DNA of 64,000 bases from an uncultured Bacteroidales bacterium (GTDB taxonomy: Bacteria > Bacteroidota > Bacteroidia > Bacteroidales > JAUNSR01). Made by a program: the position numbers and the translations under genes. Under the pieces are notes generated by a model. The model was not told the origin of the DNA. It worked only from the letters and a program-made list of their open reading frames with translations, and did not search any database. This document shows positions 41,159-52,733 of the stretch, piece after piece (position 1 is the stretch's first letter; each line of letters begins with the position of its first letter). The stretch is taken from NCBI GenBank assembly GCA_947074105.1, contig CAMTON010000002.1:24003-88002 (forward strand), read 5' to 3'.

Positions 41159-41493
41159 GGCAAATCAAATTATTATAGATTTATAAAAAATAATTCTGAA
41201 ATCTCATCTAACCGATTCCTTATATCAGTGATATCCCTTACCGGTATGCGACAAAACTATTTTAATAAATGATTTTTAGATAAAATAATAGTCTAAATAA
41301 CAGTCACAATAGTCTAATAGTACGTTTGTAGAACACTTTTGAATGGATTTTACATTAAAAATCATAATAGACGGATGATTTTTTTTCACAGAGATAAGAG
41401 CTCTTATTATTAAATCTGCAGATGACTTACAGATCATAAAACTGCCACAACACGGAAAACAGCAGTATATTAATATATATCCGGAGAAATAAA

Positions 41494-41531
41494 TAAAACG
41501 GAGAAAGTCAATTATAACTTCCTCCGTTTTT
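41494..41531 (-). terminator. Hairpin terminator downstream of the ipdC-UDG-DUF2945 genes
   Basis: AAAACGGAGAAAGT / ACTTCCTCCGTTTT stem with one mismatch, flanked by A/T tracts. Confidence 0.6.
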
Positions 41532-41549
41532 ATATATGATAAATTATTA

Positions 41550-41765
41550 TCAGATCTTAGAAAGAGCCTGTCCCTTATGAGCTGCTATATGATCGGATTT
41601 ATCACTTTTTATTTCATACTGCGGATCTTCCTCCGTCGCATGATGAGTATAACCCTTATAGTCAAAATCCGAAGTATGAATCTTAATAATCGTTCCCGTC
41701 ACATATCCGGCTTCGGAATTCCATCTGACTTTATCTCCTACATTAAATTCATGTTCCATAGTCAT
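41550..41765 (-). CDS. DUF2945 (HVA/Tudor-like) small protein
   Basis: 71 aa. GDKVRWNSEAGYVTGTIIKIHT...YEIKSDKSDHIAAHK matches the DUF2945 pattern as I recall it. Confidence 0.7.
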   Translation of the reverse strand: MTMEHEFNVGDKVRWNSEAGYVTGTIIKIHTSDFDYKGYTHHATEEDPQYEIKSDKSDHIAAHKGQALSKI

Positions 41766-41779
41766 TGATTAATGAGTTA

Positions 41780-42478
41780 TTATTCTTTATGTCTGTTTAA
41801 TTTAATAATATACTTATCTATATATATCGGTTTTTCTTTAGACTTATACTGCTGAATATATCTCGGATGATCAAGAACCGTAAGCTTATCAAAAAGCCCG
41901 GCTTGTTTATTCAGTTTACTTATAAATGCAGCATTCTTTTTACCAAGTATAAAAACTTCGGAAGTATCAAGTCCGAAACCTATGAATGTCCGTAAAGAAT
42001 CAACCATAAAATCCCGCGTCATATCGAAAAGCTCCGGTTCGTCATAATAATTCGCGTTTATGAGATTTCCGGGATTTTTTTCTCTCACTATGGCAAGTGG
42101 AAAAGGAGAATTGATAAAGAAATCTCCGTAGAACTTATCCGGACCACCGAATTCTTCTATCATATCATATACGAATACAGAAGAAACTTCATGCGTTCTG
42201 GCTGATTTCATTTTTATACCGCACACCGAATCAAGTCTTTTAGTATCTGTAAACGGCACTCCTGTGACGCCTGCTCCGTGCCGGCTCGGATTAATACCCA
42301 CAATAAATTTCCTTCCCGCCGAATCATTATAATATTTATTATAAAATTTTGTCATCACATCAATGGTTTCAGGATTATCCAGATATGGATTAAGTACCTG
42401 GAATCCCGGAGGCAGTTTACCGGTATATGAAAGCCGGCGGTTAAAGTCAATTATCAATTCCGAAAGATTCTTTGTCAT
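41780..42478 (-). CDS. Uracil-DNA glycosylase superfamily protein (SMUG-like / DUF4918 type)
   Basis: 232 aa. Motif-1-like GINPSRHGAGVTGVPFTD and motif-2-like LDHPRY. Confidence 0.6.
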   Translation of the reverse strand: MTKNLSELIIDFNRRLSYTGKLPPGFQVLNPYLDNPETIDVMTKFYNKYYNDSAGRKFIVGINPSRHGAGVTGVPFTDTKRLDSVCGIKMKSARTHEVSSVFVYDMIEEFGGPDKFYGDFFINSPFPLAIVREKNPGNLINANYYDEPELFDMTRDFMVDSLRTFIGFGLDTSEVFILGKKNAAFISKLNKQAGLFDKLTVLDHPRYIQQYKSKEKPIYIDKYIIKLNRHKE

Positions 42479-42502
42479 AGTCTGCGAAAGTACTGTAATT
42501 AA

Positions 42503-44152
42503 TCAATATTTATCTTCTTCGCTATATTCTTCAGCCATTTCCGCAAGCATTACGGGAATGTCAAATTCATCAATGATAAGTTCTATAAAAATCATTTTAT
42601 TAGGATTGGCATTACAGAGAGCAAGCGCTTTAGATAATTCTTTTTCAGTATTTACCTTCACGCAAACAGAGGCATAATCATCTGTATTAAGAACTTTAGG
42701 GATTTCACTGTATTTCCACATATTTATATCATTATATTTCTTATCACGTCCGTGAATCGCCTTTTCAATAGTATAACCGCGATTATTAATAAGTAATATA
42801 ACGGGATTGAGTTTATAATGCAATATTGTAGAAATTGTCTGCGCTGTAAGCTGAAACGAACCGTCACCTATGATAAGATAAGATCTTCTGTAATTTGCGG
42901 CAAAACTTGTCCCTAATGTAGCTCCCATAGCATAGCCTATAGATGCCCATAAAGGCTGACCTACGAAAATTGAATCTTTGTGAAGTCTTATCGGGAAAGC
43001 TCCGTAAAAAGCAGTGCCTGTTTCGGCAATCAGAATATTGCCTTCTCTGAGATGAAACTCTATAGCTTCATAAAGGCGTTTTTGAGTGAGTTTCTTTTCT
43101 TCAGGAACAAAAGGATGATGATCCTGATGAGGAACTGCAAAACTGTTTTTGAAAGAAAGGGCAGAGAGTTTTTTTATTACATCTCCCATATATATATTAT
43201 CATATATCTTTCCCTCTGCCTCGCAGTAGAAAGGATGAATGTGTATATATTTGATTTCAGGATTTGCATCAGTGAAACATGTTGTTCCGTCTGTAAATTT
43301 AGCACCGATAACAAGTGCTATATCACTGTTCATAGCAGCTTCCGTTACAGCCTTATCGCTTATTTTTCCAACATAAACGCCTACATAATATGGAGAACTC
43401 TCATTAATGGCGCTTTTCCCCATATTAAGAGTTGTAGCAGGAATCCGGGCTTTAGCTATGAAACCGTTGAGTTCATCTCTGAGATTATAACGGTTAACTT
43501 CATAATCGGCTATGATCATTTCTCCTTTTGAAGAAGACAATAAAGACTTTACTGTTTCTATGAAGTCATTTAAAGAATTTTCATCGGAAGCAGGCATTTC
43601 AAGAGAGGGAGATACAACTGCTTCAACTTCTATCTCTATTCCGGCTATATCAGAGCCGAGTTCTATATATACAGGCAATTTTTCCGTAAAACATCGTCGA
43701 AGTATATCGTCAATCTGAGTCTGGGCATATCTTACTTCTATAGTTGCCTGTGCGCATGTTATCTTTGAAAATATTTCTCTGAAAGTATCAAATATTCCTT
43801 CTCCGAGTGTATGATGGACGAATGCTCTTGTCTTTACTGCCTGTGCAGCCGGAGATCCTGAAATTACAATAACAGGAACTCTTTCAGCATATGCACCTGC
43901 TATTCCGTTTACTGCACTCAGCTCGCCCACACCATAAGTGACACACATTGCCGACATCCCGTTTATTCTTGCATAACCGTCAGCCGCATAAGCTGCATCA
44001 AGTTCATTACAACATCCGACCCATTCTAAACCTGTCATTTCTTCAACCATATCAAGAAACCCTAATGTATAATCTCCGGGAACCCCGAACATCTGTTTTA
44101 TACCGTAATTCCTGATCTGCAACAACAAATAATCACCAATTTTTATCTTCAT
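42503..44152 (-). CDS. ipdC: TPP-dependent alpha-keto-acid decarboxylase (indolepyruvate/phenylpyruvate decarboxylase family)
   Basis: 549 aa. N-terminal Pyr domain (FGVPGDY...GYAR), C-terminal TPP motif GDGSFQLTAQ...NNRGYTIE. Length is typical of IpdC/PDC. Confidence 0.75.
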   Translation of the reverse strand: MKIKIGDYLLLQIRNYGIKQMFGVPGDYTLGFLDMVEEMTGLEWVGCCNELDAAYAADGYARINGMSAMCVTYGVGELSAVNGIAGAYAERVPVIVISGSPAAQAVKTRAFVHHTLGEGIFDTFREIFSKITCAQATIEVRYAQTQIDDILRRCFTEKLPVYIELGSDIAGIEIEVEAVVSPSLEMPASDENSLNDFIETVKSLLSSSKGEMIIADYEVNRYNLRDELNGFIAKARIPATTLNMGKSAINESSPYYVGVYVGKISDKAVTEAAMNSDIALVIGAKFTDGTTCFTDANPEIKYIHIHPFYCEAEGKIYDNIYMGDVIKKLSALSFKNSFAVPHQDHHPFVPEEKKLTQKRLYEAIEFHLREGNILIAETGTAFYGAFPIRLHKDSIFVGQPLWASIGYAMGATLGTSFAANYRRSYLIIGDGSFQLTAQTISTILHYKLNPVILLINNRGYTIEKAIHGRDKKYNDINMWKYSEIPKVLNTDDYASVCVKVNTEKELSKALALCNANPNKMIFIELIIDEFDIPVMLAEMAEEYSEEDKY

Positions 44153-44424
44153 AACAATCTATTGCTTTTATATCGTAAAACCTTGAAATTTAATAGAGAA
44201 CATCATTTTTAATTATTAGGTTTAGAATAATATGATTAAAAATTCAATAAATGGATTTCATGTCAGTTTTGTCTGAAAGATGCTTTATCATCAGTGTGTT
44301 AATATAATAAGGCCTGCTGTTTGCCAAAATAAAAACATATGGCAATTCAACAGGCCAATAATAGCAAATATTGTAAAAACACTATATTTTGTTCCTGAAA
44401 TCAGGTATTAAAATTCTCACAATA

Positions 44425-45600
44425 TTATTCTTTTGTCCATATATTTATTACTTCTCCGATATAAACGCTGTGCAAATCACGTTTACTATATTCTTGTTTT
44501 GCGACTTCCCCAAAACCTTCCGGATTAAAAAGAGCACCATAAAGTTTCTTACATTCAATTATCATACGTCCCTGTTCAAAGGCCGGATTACCAAGATCTG
44601 TATATTTTACCTCAAGGTCGGCCACTTTTATTTTATCCTCATTTCTTCCGGAGTGTGTACCAATATAAAGTAGTTTTTCTCTGTATTGTTCAGGAAAAGC
44701 AGTAAGGGTAAAATACTCATTGTTTTCCATAAACTGATGAGTATGTCTGCTTCTGTCCACATATACTGTTACTACCGGACGTTCTTTCCCCCATATCGTA
44801 CCCATGCCACCCCAACTGATTGTCATTGTATTCATATTATCTTTTTCTCCCGCAGTAAGAGCAAACCAGTCACGACTGAAAACTGTAAATGGATTAAATG
44901 TCATTTTCATAATGTCCTGTTTTGTCCATTTCCCGTTACTGTTTACTTCTTGTTTAATATCAGTCGTCTGATCATTGTTCCATCCGTTATAATGAATATT
45001 TGAAGGATTCCATTTGTCCTTAGGCTTTGACTCTGCATCTGGATATCCTATAGGGATTACTGCAAGAGGAATTACATTTTCGGGTAATGATAAAATACTT
45101 TTGACGTCCGTTACTCTTTCTGACATTGGAAAAACTCCGGTCCATACAGCTCCAAGATCAAGAGTATGTGCCGCAATCAGTAAATTCTCGATTGCTGCAG
45201 ATACATCCTGAATCCAGAAATCCTGCGCCTCTCCGTTGAAGCCCTTGTTTAAATCTCCGCATGCTATAATTGCAAGAGGTGCATTTGCTGTCATCTTTGC
45301 ATGAGGCAGCCTCCCTCCAAGCTTTTCGAGAATCTCTTTTTCTGTTACTACTATAAAAGCCCAGGGTTGTTTATTGCCGGCAGTGGGAGCTGCCATTGCT
45401 GCACGAAGCAGTTGCTCAATTTTTTCAGGCTCCACTTTTCTTTTGGTATATGAACGTACGCTTGTTCTTGTCATAAGTATTTCCATAATTTTTTCTGAAT
45501 TATTCCCTGTTTTATCTCCTTTTAAAAGTGTTACTCTTACGGCAAGAACTATCAGTGCAGCTGCCAGAACGAAGTTTAGAATTTTAGATGTATTCTTCAT
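44425..45600 (-). CDS. Membrane-anchored nitroreductase fused to a flavin-reductase-like domain
   Basis: 391 aa. N-terminal hydrophobic anchor ILNFVLAAALIVLAV, a nitroreductase-family half (TRTSVRSYT...PTAGNKQPW) and a flavin-reductase-like C-terminal half. Confidence 0.7.
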   Translation of the reverse strand: MKNTSKILNFVLAAALIVLAVRVTLLKGDKTGNNSEKIMEILMTRTSVRSYTKRKVEPEKIEQLLRAAMAAPTAGNKQPWAFIVVTEKEILEKLGGRLPHAKMTANAPLAIIACGDLNKGFNGEAQDFWIQDVSAAIENLLIAAHTLDLGAVWTGVFPMSERVTDVKSILSLPENVIPLAVIPIGYPDAESKPKDKWNPSNIHYNGWNNDQTTDIKQEVNSNGKWTKQDIMKMTFNPFTVFSRDWFALTAGEKDNMNTMTISWGGMGTIWGKERPVVTVYVDRSRHTHQFMENNEYFTLTAFPEQYREKLLYIGTHSGRNEDKIKVADLEVKYTDLGNPAFEQGRMIIECKKLYGALFNPEGFGEVAKQEYSKRDLHSVYIGEVINIWTKE

Positions 45601-45739
45601 ATTATAAATTATTATTTGCCTCGGTTTTTGTATGTTAACAATGCCTTGTATTTATTTAATCAGTTGCAAAAGAACTTTCAGAATATTATGTTTGCAAGTA
45701 CTTACAAAAAAGATATATAGTAACTAAAAGGGGTAAATT

Positions 45740-46090
45740 ATGGATAATCAATGTGATAAAAAACCTGTTTTTTTTGCTGAGAAAGAATATTTCTGTTCTC
45801 TTGAACTTGCAATGGACTTAATTGGAGGCAAATGGAAATCTATGATGGTCTTTCATCTTAAAGACGGATCAATGCGTTCAGGTGATCTGCAGCGAACTCT
45901 GAGCGGTATAACAAACAAGATGTTTACTCAGACAGCACGTGAACTTGAAGTGTCTGGATTTGTTGAGCGTATTGTTTATCCTGTTGTGCCTCCGAAAGTA
46001 GAATATAAACTGACATCACTCGGAGAATCGGTATTGCCGTTGATTCTGCGACTTGCAGAATGGGGATATGATATTGCAGAGAAAAGATAA
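45740..46090 (+). CDS. HxlR-family transcriptional regulator
   Basis: 116 aa. CSLELAMDLIGGKWKSMMVFHL and PPKVEYKLT are HxlR hallmarks. Confidence 0.85.
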   Translation: MDNQCDKKPVFFAEKEYFCSLELAMDLIGGKWKSMMVFHLKDGSMRSGDLQRTLSGITNKMFTQTARELEVSGFVERIVYPVVPPKVEYKLTSLGESVLPLILRLAEWGYDIAEKR

Positions 46091-46226
46091 AATATCAAAT
46101 TCTGAAAACGTACGTTTCATCTTATATATTTTACTCTATTGATTATACAAATTACTGTTTCTTAAAATCTTCTTTTAAAAGAATGGGAAATATGGTTTAA
46201 CTTTAGATAAACAAAAAACATCTCTT

Positions 46227-47123
46227 ATGGAAACCATAAAGCGATTTGATACAATACAGCAATACAACGATTATATAGGAGTGGAGACTCTTCATCCTCT
46301 GATAAGTGTTATTAATCTATCGGAATCAAAACCTATGCTTCATTCTAAAGAATATTTCGGGTTCTATACAGTATTTCTGAAAGAAGCTCAATGTGCAGCT
46401 ATTCATTACGGACGCGGATATTATGATTATCAGAAAGGTACGGTTCTGTGCGTTGCTCCTGGACAGATAATAGGCATAGAGGATAACGGAGAAGAATTTC
46501 AACCTATGGGATGGGCATTGCTGTTTCATCCGGATCTTATCTATGGAACATCTCTCGGACAGAATATTAAAGATTATCATTTCTTTTCTTATGAATCAAA
46601 TGAAGCGTTACATCTTTCTGCTCAGGAAAGAGAGATATTTATTGATTGTGTTCAGAAAATACTGCTTGAGTTAAATCACTCCATAGATAAACACACTAAT
46701 AAGCTGGTAGCAAGGAATATAGAGTTGCTTCTTGATTATTGTAATCGTTTTTACGACCGTCAGTTTTTTACCCGAAGTAAAGTAAACAAAGATATTCTTA
46801 CAAGATTTGAAAATCTTCTCTCTGATTACTATATGTCGTCAAAACCTATGGAGAAGGGGATTCCGTCAGTGAAATATTGTGCAGATAAACTAAATCTATC
46901 TTCCAATTATTTCGGGGATCTGATAAAAAAAGAAACTGGAAGATCGGCGAAGGATTTTATACAGGTTAAAATAATAGATATAGCTAAAAGTCGACTATTT
47001 GACAGTGATAAGACTGTAAGTGAGATCGCTTATGAGCTTGGCTTTAATTACCCTTCCCATTTTTCAAAATTATTTAAGAATATTGTAGGTGTATCGCCAA
47101 ATGAATACAGAATTGCCAATTAA
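46227..47123 (+). CDS. AraC-family transcriptional regulator
   Basis: 298 aa. C-terminal double HTH (SVKYCADKLNLSSNYFGDLIKKETG...EIAYELGFNYPSHFSKLFKN). Confidence 0.85.
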   Translation: METIKRFDTIQQYNDYIGVETLHPLISVINLSESKPMLHSKEYFGFYTVFLKEAQCAAIHYGRGYYDYQKGTVLCVAPGQIIGIEDNGEEFQPMGWALLFHPDLIYGTSLGQNIKDYHFFSYESNEALHLSAQEREIFIDCVQKILLELNHSIDKHTNKLVARNIELLLDYCNRFYDRQFFTRSKVNKDILTRFENLLSDYYMSSKPMEKGIPSVKYCADKLNLSSNYFGDLIKKETGRSAKDFIQVKIIDIAKSRLFDSDKTVSEIAYELGFNYPSHFSKLFKNIVGVSPNEYRIAN

Positions 47124-47126
47124 ACG

Positions 47127-47170
47127 AAACCGGCTCGGGAAAATGTCATTCTCCTGAGCCGGTTTTTATT
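47127..47170. terminator. Bidirectional terminator between the AraC and flavoprotein genes
   Basis: AAACCGGCTC / GAGCCGGTTT stem followed by TTTTATTTT. Confidence 0.75.
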
Positions 47171-47181
47171 TTGTACAGAAT

Positions 47182-47853
47182 TTATAAGCTTTTGCCTAAA
47201 TCATATGCTTTTTTTCCATAAGATGTACTTTTAATATCTCCTGCCGACCATACTCCGGGAGCTATCACCTGACCCATATCTTTCCATCCAAGATATTCAG
47301 ACATAATAGTATAATGACTTTTCATCGCTTCTGCCTGTTGAGGATTCGTGTTGGCATAAGTCATAAGATATGCTGTTTTTTTATTCGCTCCTTTTATCTT
47401 GCCGTTAATAGAATAAAATCTGTCGATAGCTTTTTTCAGCTGTGCGGAAACTCCGAAATAATACATCGGCGTTGCAAATACAACCATATCCGCATCGACA
47501 ATATGATCTTTTACAAGATTAAAATCATCATTAAATATACAATCTCCGTTCATACCGCAACGATTGCAGCCTATGCATCCTTCAAATTTCTGAAAAGCAC
47601 AGTCAAAGCGGAATACCGAATGACCGTTTTCCTGTGCACCTTTTATAAACTGATCTGCAAGATGAGCCGAATTTCCGTTTTTTCGGGGGCTTCCCGTTAA
47701 TACAACTATTTTCATTTGTTTCTGGCTTTTAGTATTGTTATTATCCGGAGCAGACATAGCGGAGATCATAGTTTCTGCTTTTGCAACTCTGTCCATAAAC
47801 AGAGTGCCTGCTCCAAGCATAAATGCTTTCTTTAAGAAATTGCGTCTTTCCAT
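47182..47853 (-). CDS. Tat-signal flavodoxin-like / iron-sulfur flavoprotein-type FMN reductase
   Basis: 223 aa. Twin-arginine motif ERRNFLKKAFMLGAG, flavodoxin-like KIVVLTGSPRKNGNS, compact Cys motif CIGCNRCGMNGDC. Confidence 0.7.
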   Translation of the reverse strand: MERRNFLKKAFMLGAGTLFMDRVAKAETMISAMSAPDNNNTKSQKQMKIVVLTGSPRKNGNSAHLADQFIKGAQENGHSVFRFDCAFQKFEGCIGCNRCGMNGDCIFNDDFNLVKDHIVDADMVVFATPMYYFGVSAQLKKAIDRFYSINGKIKGANKKTAYLMTYANTNPQQAEAMKSHYTIMSEYLGWKDMGQVIAPGVWSAGDIKSTSYGKKAYDLGKSL

Positions 47854-47860
47854 AAGTATA

Positions 47861-49053
<1,193 letters not shown>

Positions 49054-49077
49054 AGTTTTTATTGTTTAATTATTAAT

Positions 49078-49431
49078 TTAAATAATAGGTGTCTGCTCTA
49101 TCTCATTTTTTACCAGTGTGAGCAGTTGTGGAATATTCAATCCATTTGATTTAAACATGACAGCCTTATAACCTGCTGCGCGTGCATCTTTTGCAAATTC
49201 GAGTTCATTGACGTCGCGAAACCTTGAGTCGGGAGACGCATGAAGATGAATATCGCAGACATTTTTAAGATCGTCGTCATTATCATATAATGTATCGGAC
49301 GAATTAATATAATTAGTTTCCGGACTTTGCAATGGAAGAATTCCGGAAAGCATAAGCCCGCTTCCGGTAATCAAGCTTCGTCTGACAAAATCAGGTCTTG
49401 TTATGTCGATATTATTATGTTGTAGACTCAT
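49078..49431 (-). CDS. Tat-like-signal protein carrying only the N-terminal part of a metal-dependent hydrolase fold (possibly truncated)
   Basis: 117 aa. VRRSLITGSGLMLSG, then CDIHLHASPD (an HxH metal motif). The ORF stops about 60 aa later, immediately before the tautomerase gene. Confidence 0.35.
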   Translation of the reverse strand: MSLQHNNIDITRPDFVRRSLITGSGLMLSGILPLQSPETNYINSSDTLYDNDDDLKNVCDIHLHASPDSRFRDVNELEFAKDARAAGYKAVMFKSNGLNIPQLLTLVKNEIEQTPII

Positions 49432-49560
49432 ATTCTTATTTTAGCTTTAGTCTTATAATCTTATTTCGATAATACAAAGTTATGAAAGGTGAAACCTGAC
49501 TATATATATCAAATTACAGAAAACCTTATATAATTCACTGATTAGATAAATATGTTTTTG

Positions 49561-49640
49561 TGCAACTGTACACTTGCAATATTGTCATTGTACGGTTGTC
49601 ATATGAAAAGTGTACACTTGCCATATGACAACTGTACGGT
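49561..49640 (+). repeat. 22-nt-periodic intergenic repeat, copy B (most regular copy)
   Basis: TGCAACTGTACACT | TGCAATATTGTCATTGTACGGT | TGTCATATGAAAAGTGTACACT | TGCCATATGACAACTGTACGGT. Confidence 0.85.
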
Positions 49641-49698
49641 TTTAAGAAAAGTGACATTTCAAAGATTAAAAAAAAATGACAGGAGCATTTAAATAGGT

Positions 49699-50208
49699 TC
49701 ACTTTTTATGAATTATCTTATCTTTCATTCTAAGAATAAAAACGCCTGCAATACCGATAAGTACACCTAATGTCGATTCTATAAATCTAAATAGTCCGTT
49801 AAGTAAAGGTGATATATCTGAAATTTCAGCTCTTACAAATATCCAGATCATTACGATAGTAGCAATCTTTCCGTTTCCCTGGAATGAGAAAAACATAGAT
49901 ATTAAGGTGATAAGTGCTATAGGAAGAGCCATGCTGATTATTGAAAACTTAAAAAATAAAAGATATATGCAAGCTATTACAGCTCCGAGAAATGATGCAA
50001 ATATGCGTCGCCAACCTAAGTCAACTGATTTTCCGAAATCAGGACTACCGATAATGATAACTGTGGAAATTGCAGCAAGCATTGATCCGAGGTATGGAGA
50101 TTGATTATTGAATTTATGCGATATATAACCTCCGGCGATATATGAAAGGATCGTAGCTATCGTTCTTATTATCAGGTAGAAGATGTCGATATTTCTGTTT
50201 AGATGCAT
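49699..50208 (-). CDS. Small integral membrane protein, aromatic-acid-exporter/FUSC-like
   Basis: 169 aa with 4-5 TM helices. Loose resemblance to the ArAE/FUSC N-terminal module (RTIATILSY...GWRRIFASFLGAVIA). Confidence 0.4.
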   Translation of the reverse strand: MHLNRNIDIFYLIIRTIATILSYIAGGYISHKFNNQSPYLGSMLAAISTVIIIGSPDFGKSVDLGWRRIFASFLGAVIACIYLLFFKFSIISMALPIALITLISMFFSFQGNGKIATIVMIWIFVRAEISDISPLLNGLFRFIESTLGVLIGIAGVFILRMKDKIIHKK

Positions 50209-50230
50209 ATTTTAGTCTTTTATATAGAAC

Positions 50231-50270
50231 AAAACCGTCAGATACAGATATCTGTATCTGACGGTTTTTT
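50231..50270 (-). terminator. Perfect palindromic terminator after the aldo/keto reductase gene
   Basis: AAAACCGTCAGATACAGAT|ATCTGTATCTGACGGTTTT, a 19-bp perfect stem with A/T tracts on both sides. Confidence 0.8.
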
Positions 50271-50325
50271 AACTAAATTTCAAAACTTTATATCCTGAAT
50301 GATGCCGGTTACCTTATAAATAAGA

Positions 50326-51189
<864 letters not shown>

Positions 51190-51377
51190 TTAAATTATAA
51201 ACTGTACAAATGTAGGAAACAGGGATTTCGGGAACTTAAACTAATTACTGATTTACGGATACAAATTACTTATTTGCTTGATTCTTAATAATAAGCGAGC
51301 TTGTGGGCAAATTGAAATTTGCTGATTTGTATACAAAAAAACGTAATTTGTTTAACTTTAAATTGTAGTAATAGGTG

Positions 51378-51385
51378 TATTTTTG
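51378..51385 (+). promoter_or_regulatory. Bacteroidota -7 promoter box TATTTTTG
   Basis: Exact TAnnTTTG match 30 nt upstream of the ATG at 51415. Confidence 0.4.
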
Positions 51386-51414
51386 CGCTTTATAAATAAT
51401 TAAATCAGATAAAT

Positions 51415-52554
51415 ATGTGGTTCATCATAATACCTCTTCTTTTAATAATTATTCCTGATATCTACATATGGAACTATTTTATGCGTAATGCGGGTACAAT
51501 TGTCAATATAATTTACTGGGTGCCTTTAATTCTTGCAATAATATCGGCAGCATGTGGGATGGCAGGACTGTATCAGGAACGTTTTATGAAATTGTTTTTT
51601 ATTGTCTTGCTTTGTATCGCGTTTCCTAAACTTGTTTTTGCTTTGGTTTCGATTATAGGAAAGATGACAGGTTTCATTATACCTTATTCAGCTACTATAG
51701 CAAATATAGCCGGAAGCATTCTGGCTGTAGTACTTACCGGAATGTCGGTATACGGATTTAGTTTCGGATGGAAGAAGTTTACGGTCAGGGAAGTGGATTT
51801 CAAATCATCTGATATACCTTCAGAGTTCAGCGGATACAGGATTATTCAGTTGTCAGACCTGCATATAGGGACTTTTAAAAATTCTCCGTCTGCAATACTT
51901 AAACTTATAGAAAAGGTAAATGCACTTGATGCAGATATGATTCTTTTTACAGGCGATCTTGTAAATACAACTTCAGATGAATTAAACGAATTTACGGATG
52001 CTCTTTCCCGTCTTCAGGCTAAAGACGGCGTTTATTCGATTTTAGGAAATCATGATTACTGCCATTATCTGCCAAATAAAACGGCAGCTGAGCGTCACGT
52101 CCATCATGAACGCCTAAAGAATCTTCAAAGAGAAATGGGATGGAAACTTTTGCTTAATGAAAACAGTATTATAAGAAAAGGAGAAAGCCGTATTTCTCTG
52201 ATAGGTGTAGAGAATGACGGAGGCCCACGATTTCCTTCTTACTCGGATCTTAAAAAAGCAATGACCGACATTCCGGATAATGATTTTAAGATACTTATGA
52301 CTCATGATCCGTCGCATTGGAGAAAAGAGATTATCGATAATACTAATATCCAACTGACTTTGTCCGGTCATACACATGCGATGCAGTTTAAGATAGGTAA
52401 TTTTTCTCCATCAAAATGGGCTTATAAAGAGTGGGGAGGACTTCATAAGGAAAATGATCAGCATCTTTATGTGAATACAGGGACCGGAGGGAATGTTCCG
52501 TTCAGATATGGAGCGTGGCCGGAGATAACTCTTATAACATTGTTAAATGAATAA
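51415..52554 (+). CDS. Membrane-anchored metallophosphoesterase (YkuE-like)
   Basis: 379 aa. Four N-terminal TM helices, then calcineurin-like motifs SDLHIG, GDLV, GNHD and GHTH. Confidence 0.85.
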   Translation: MWFIIIPLLLIIIPDIYIWNYFMRNAGTIVNIIYWVPLILAIISAACGMAGLYQERFMKLFFIVLLCIAFPKLVFALVSIIGKMTGFIIPYSATIANIAGSILAVVLTGMSVYGFSFGWKKFTVREVDFKSSDIPSEFSGYRIIQLSDLHIGTFKNSPSAILKLIEKVNALDADMILFTGDLVNTTSDELNEFTDALSRLQAKDGVYSILGNHDYCHYLPNKTAAERHVHHERLKNLQREMGWKLLLNENSIIRKGESRISLIGVENDGGPRFPSYSDLKKAMTDIPDNDFKILMTHDPSHWRKEIIDNTNIQLTLSGHTHAMQFKIGNFSPSKWAYKEWGGLHKENDQHLYVNTGTGGNVPFRYGAWPEITLITLLNE

Positions 52555-52733
52555 ATTACGGAATTGTGGTTTATAAAATCTAAATCAGATACATATTATT
52601 AATGCAAAGGATTAAATAAATTATGATTTAATTATAATATTGCAATATCTTAGAAGTCTTTCAGTCCGGACTGAGAGTTTTATTTGCAGAGAATATATAA
52701 ATAACAAACATATAATCACTAATCTGACACTAA

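Noticed and set aside
42980-43531. 183-aa ORF on the plus strand inside ipdC. Similar cases: 29266-29742 inside the LysR gene, 59021-59512 across the BtuG-like/BtuF-like genes, 22711-23142 inside GH43 and 47314-47700 inside the flavoprotein gene.
   Set aside because: All are antisense shadows of genes with clear family motifs. Their translations are compositionally odd and carry no recognisable domains.
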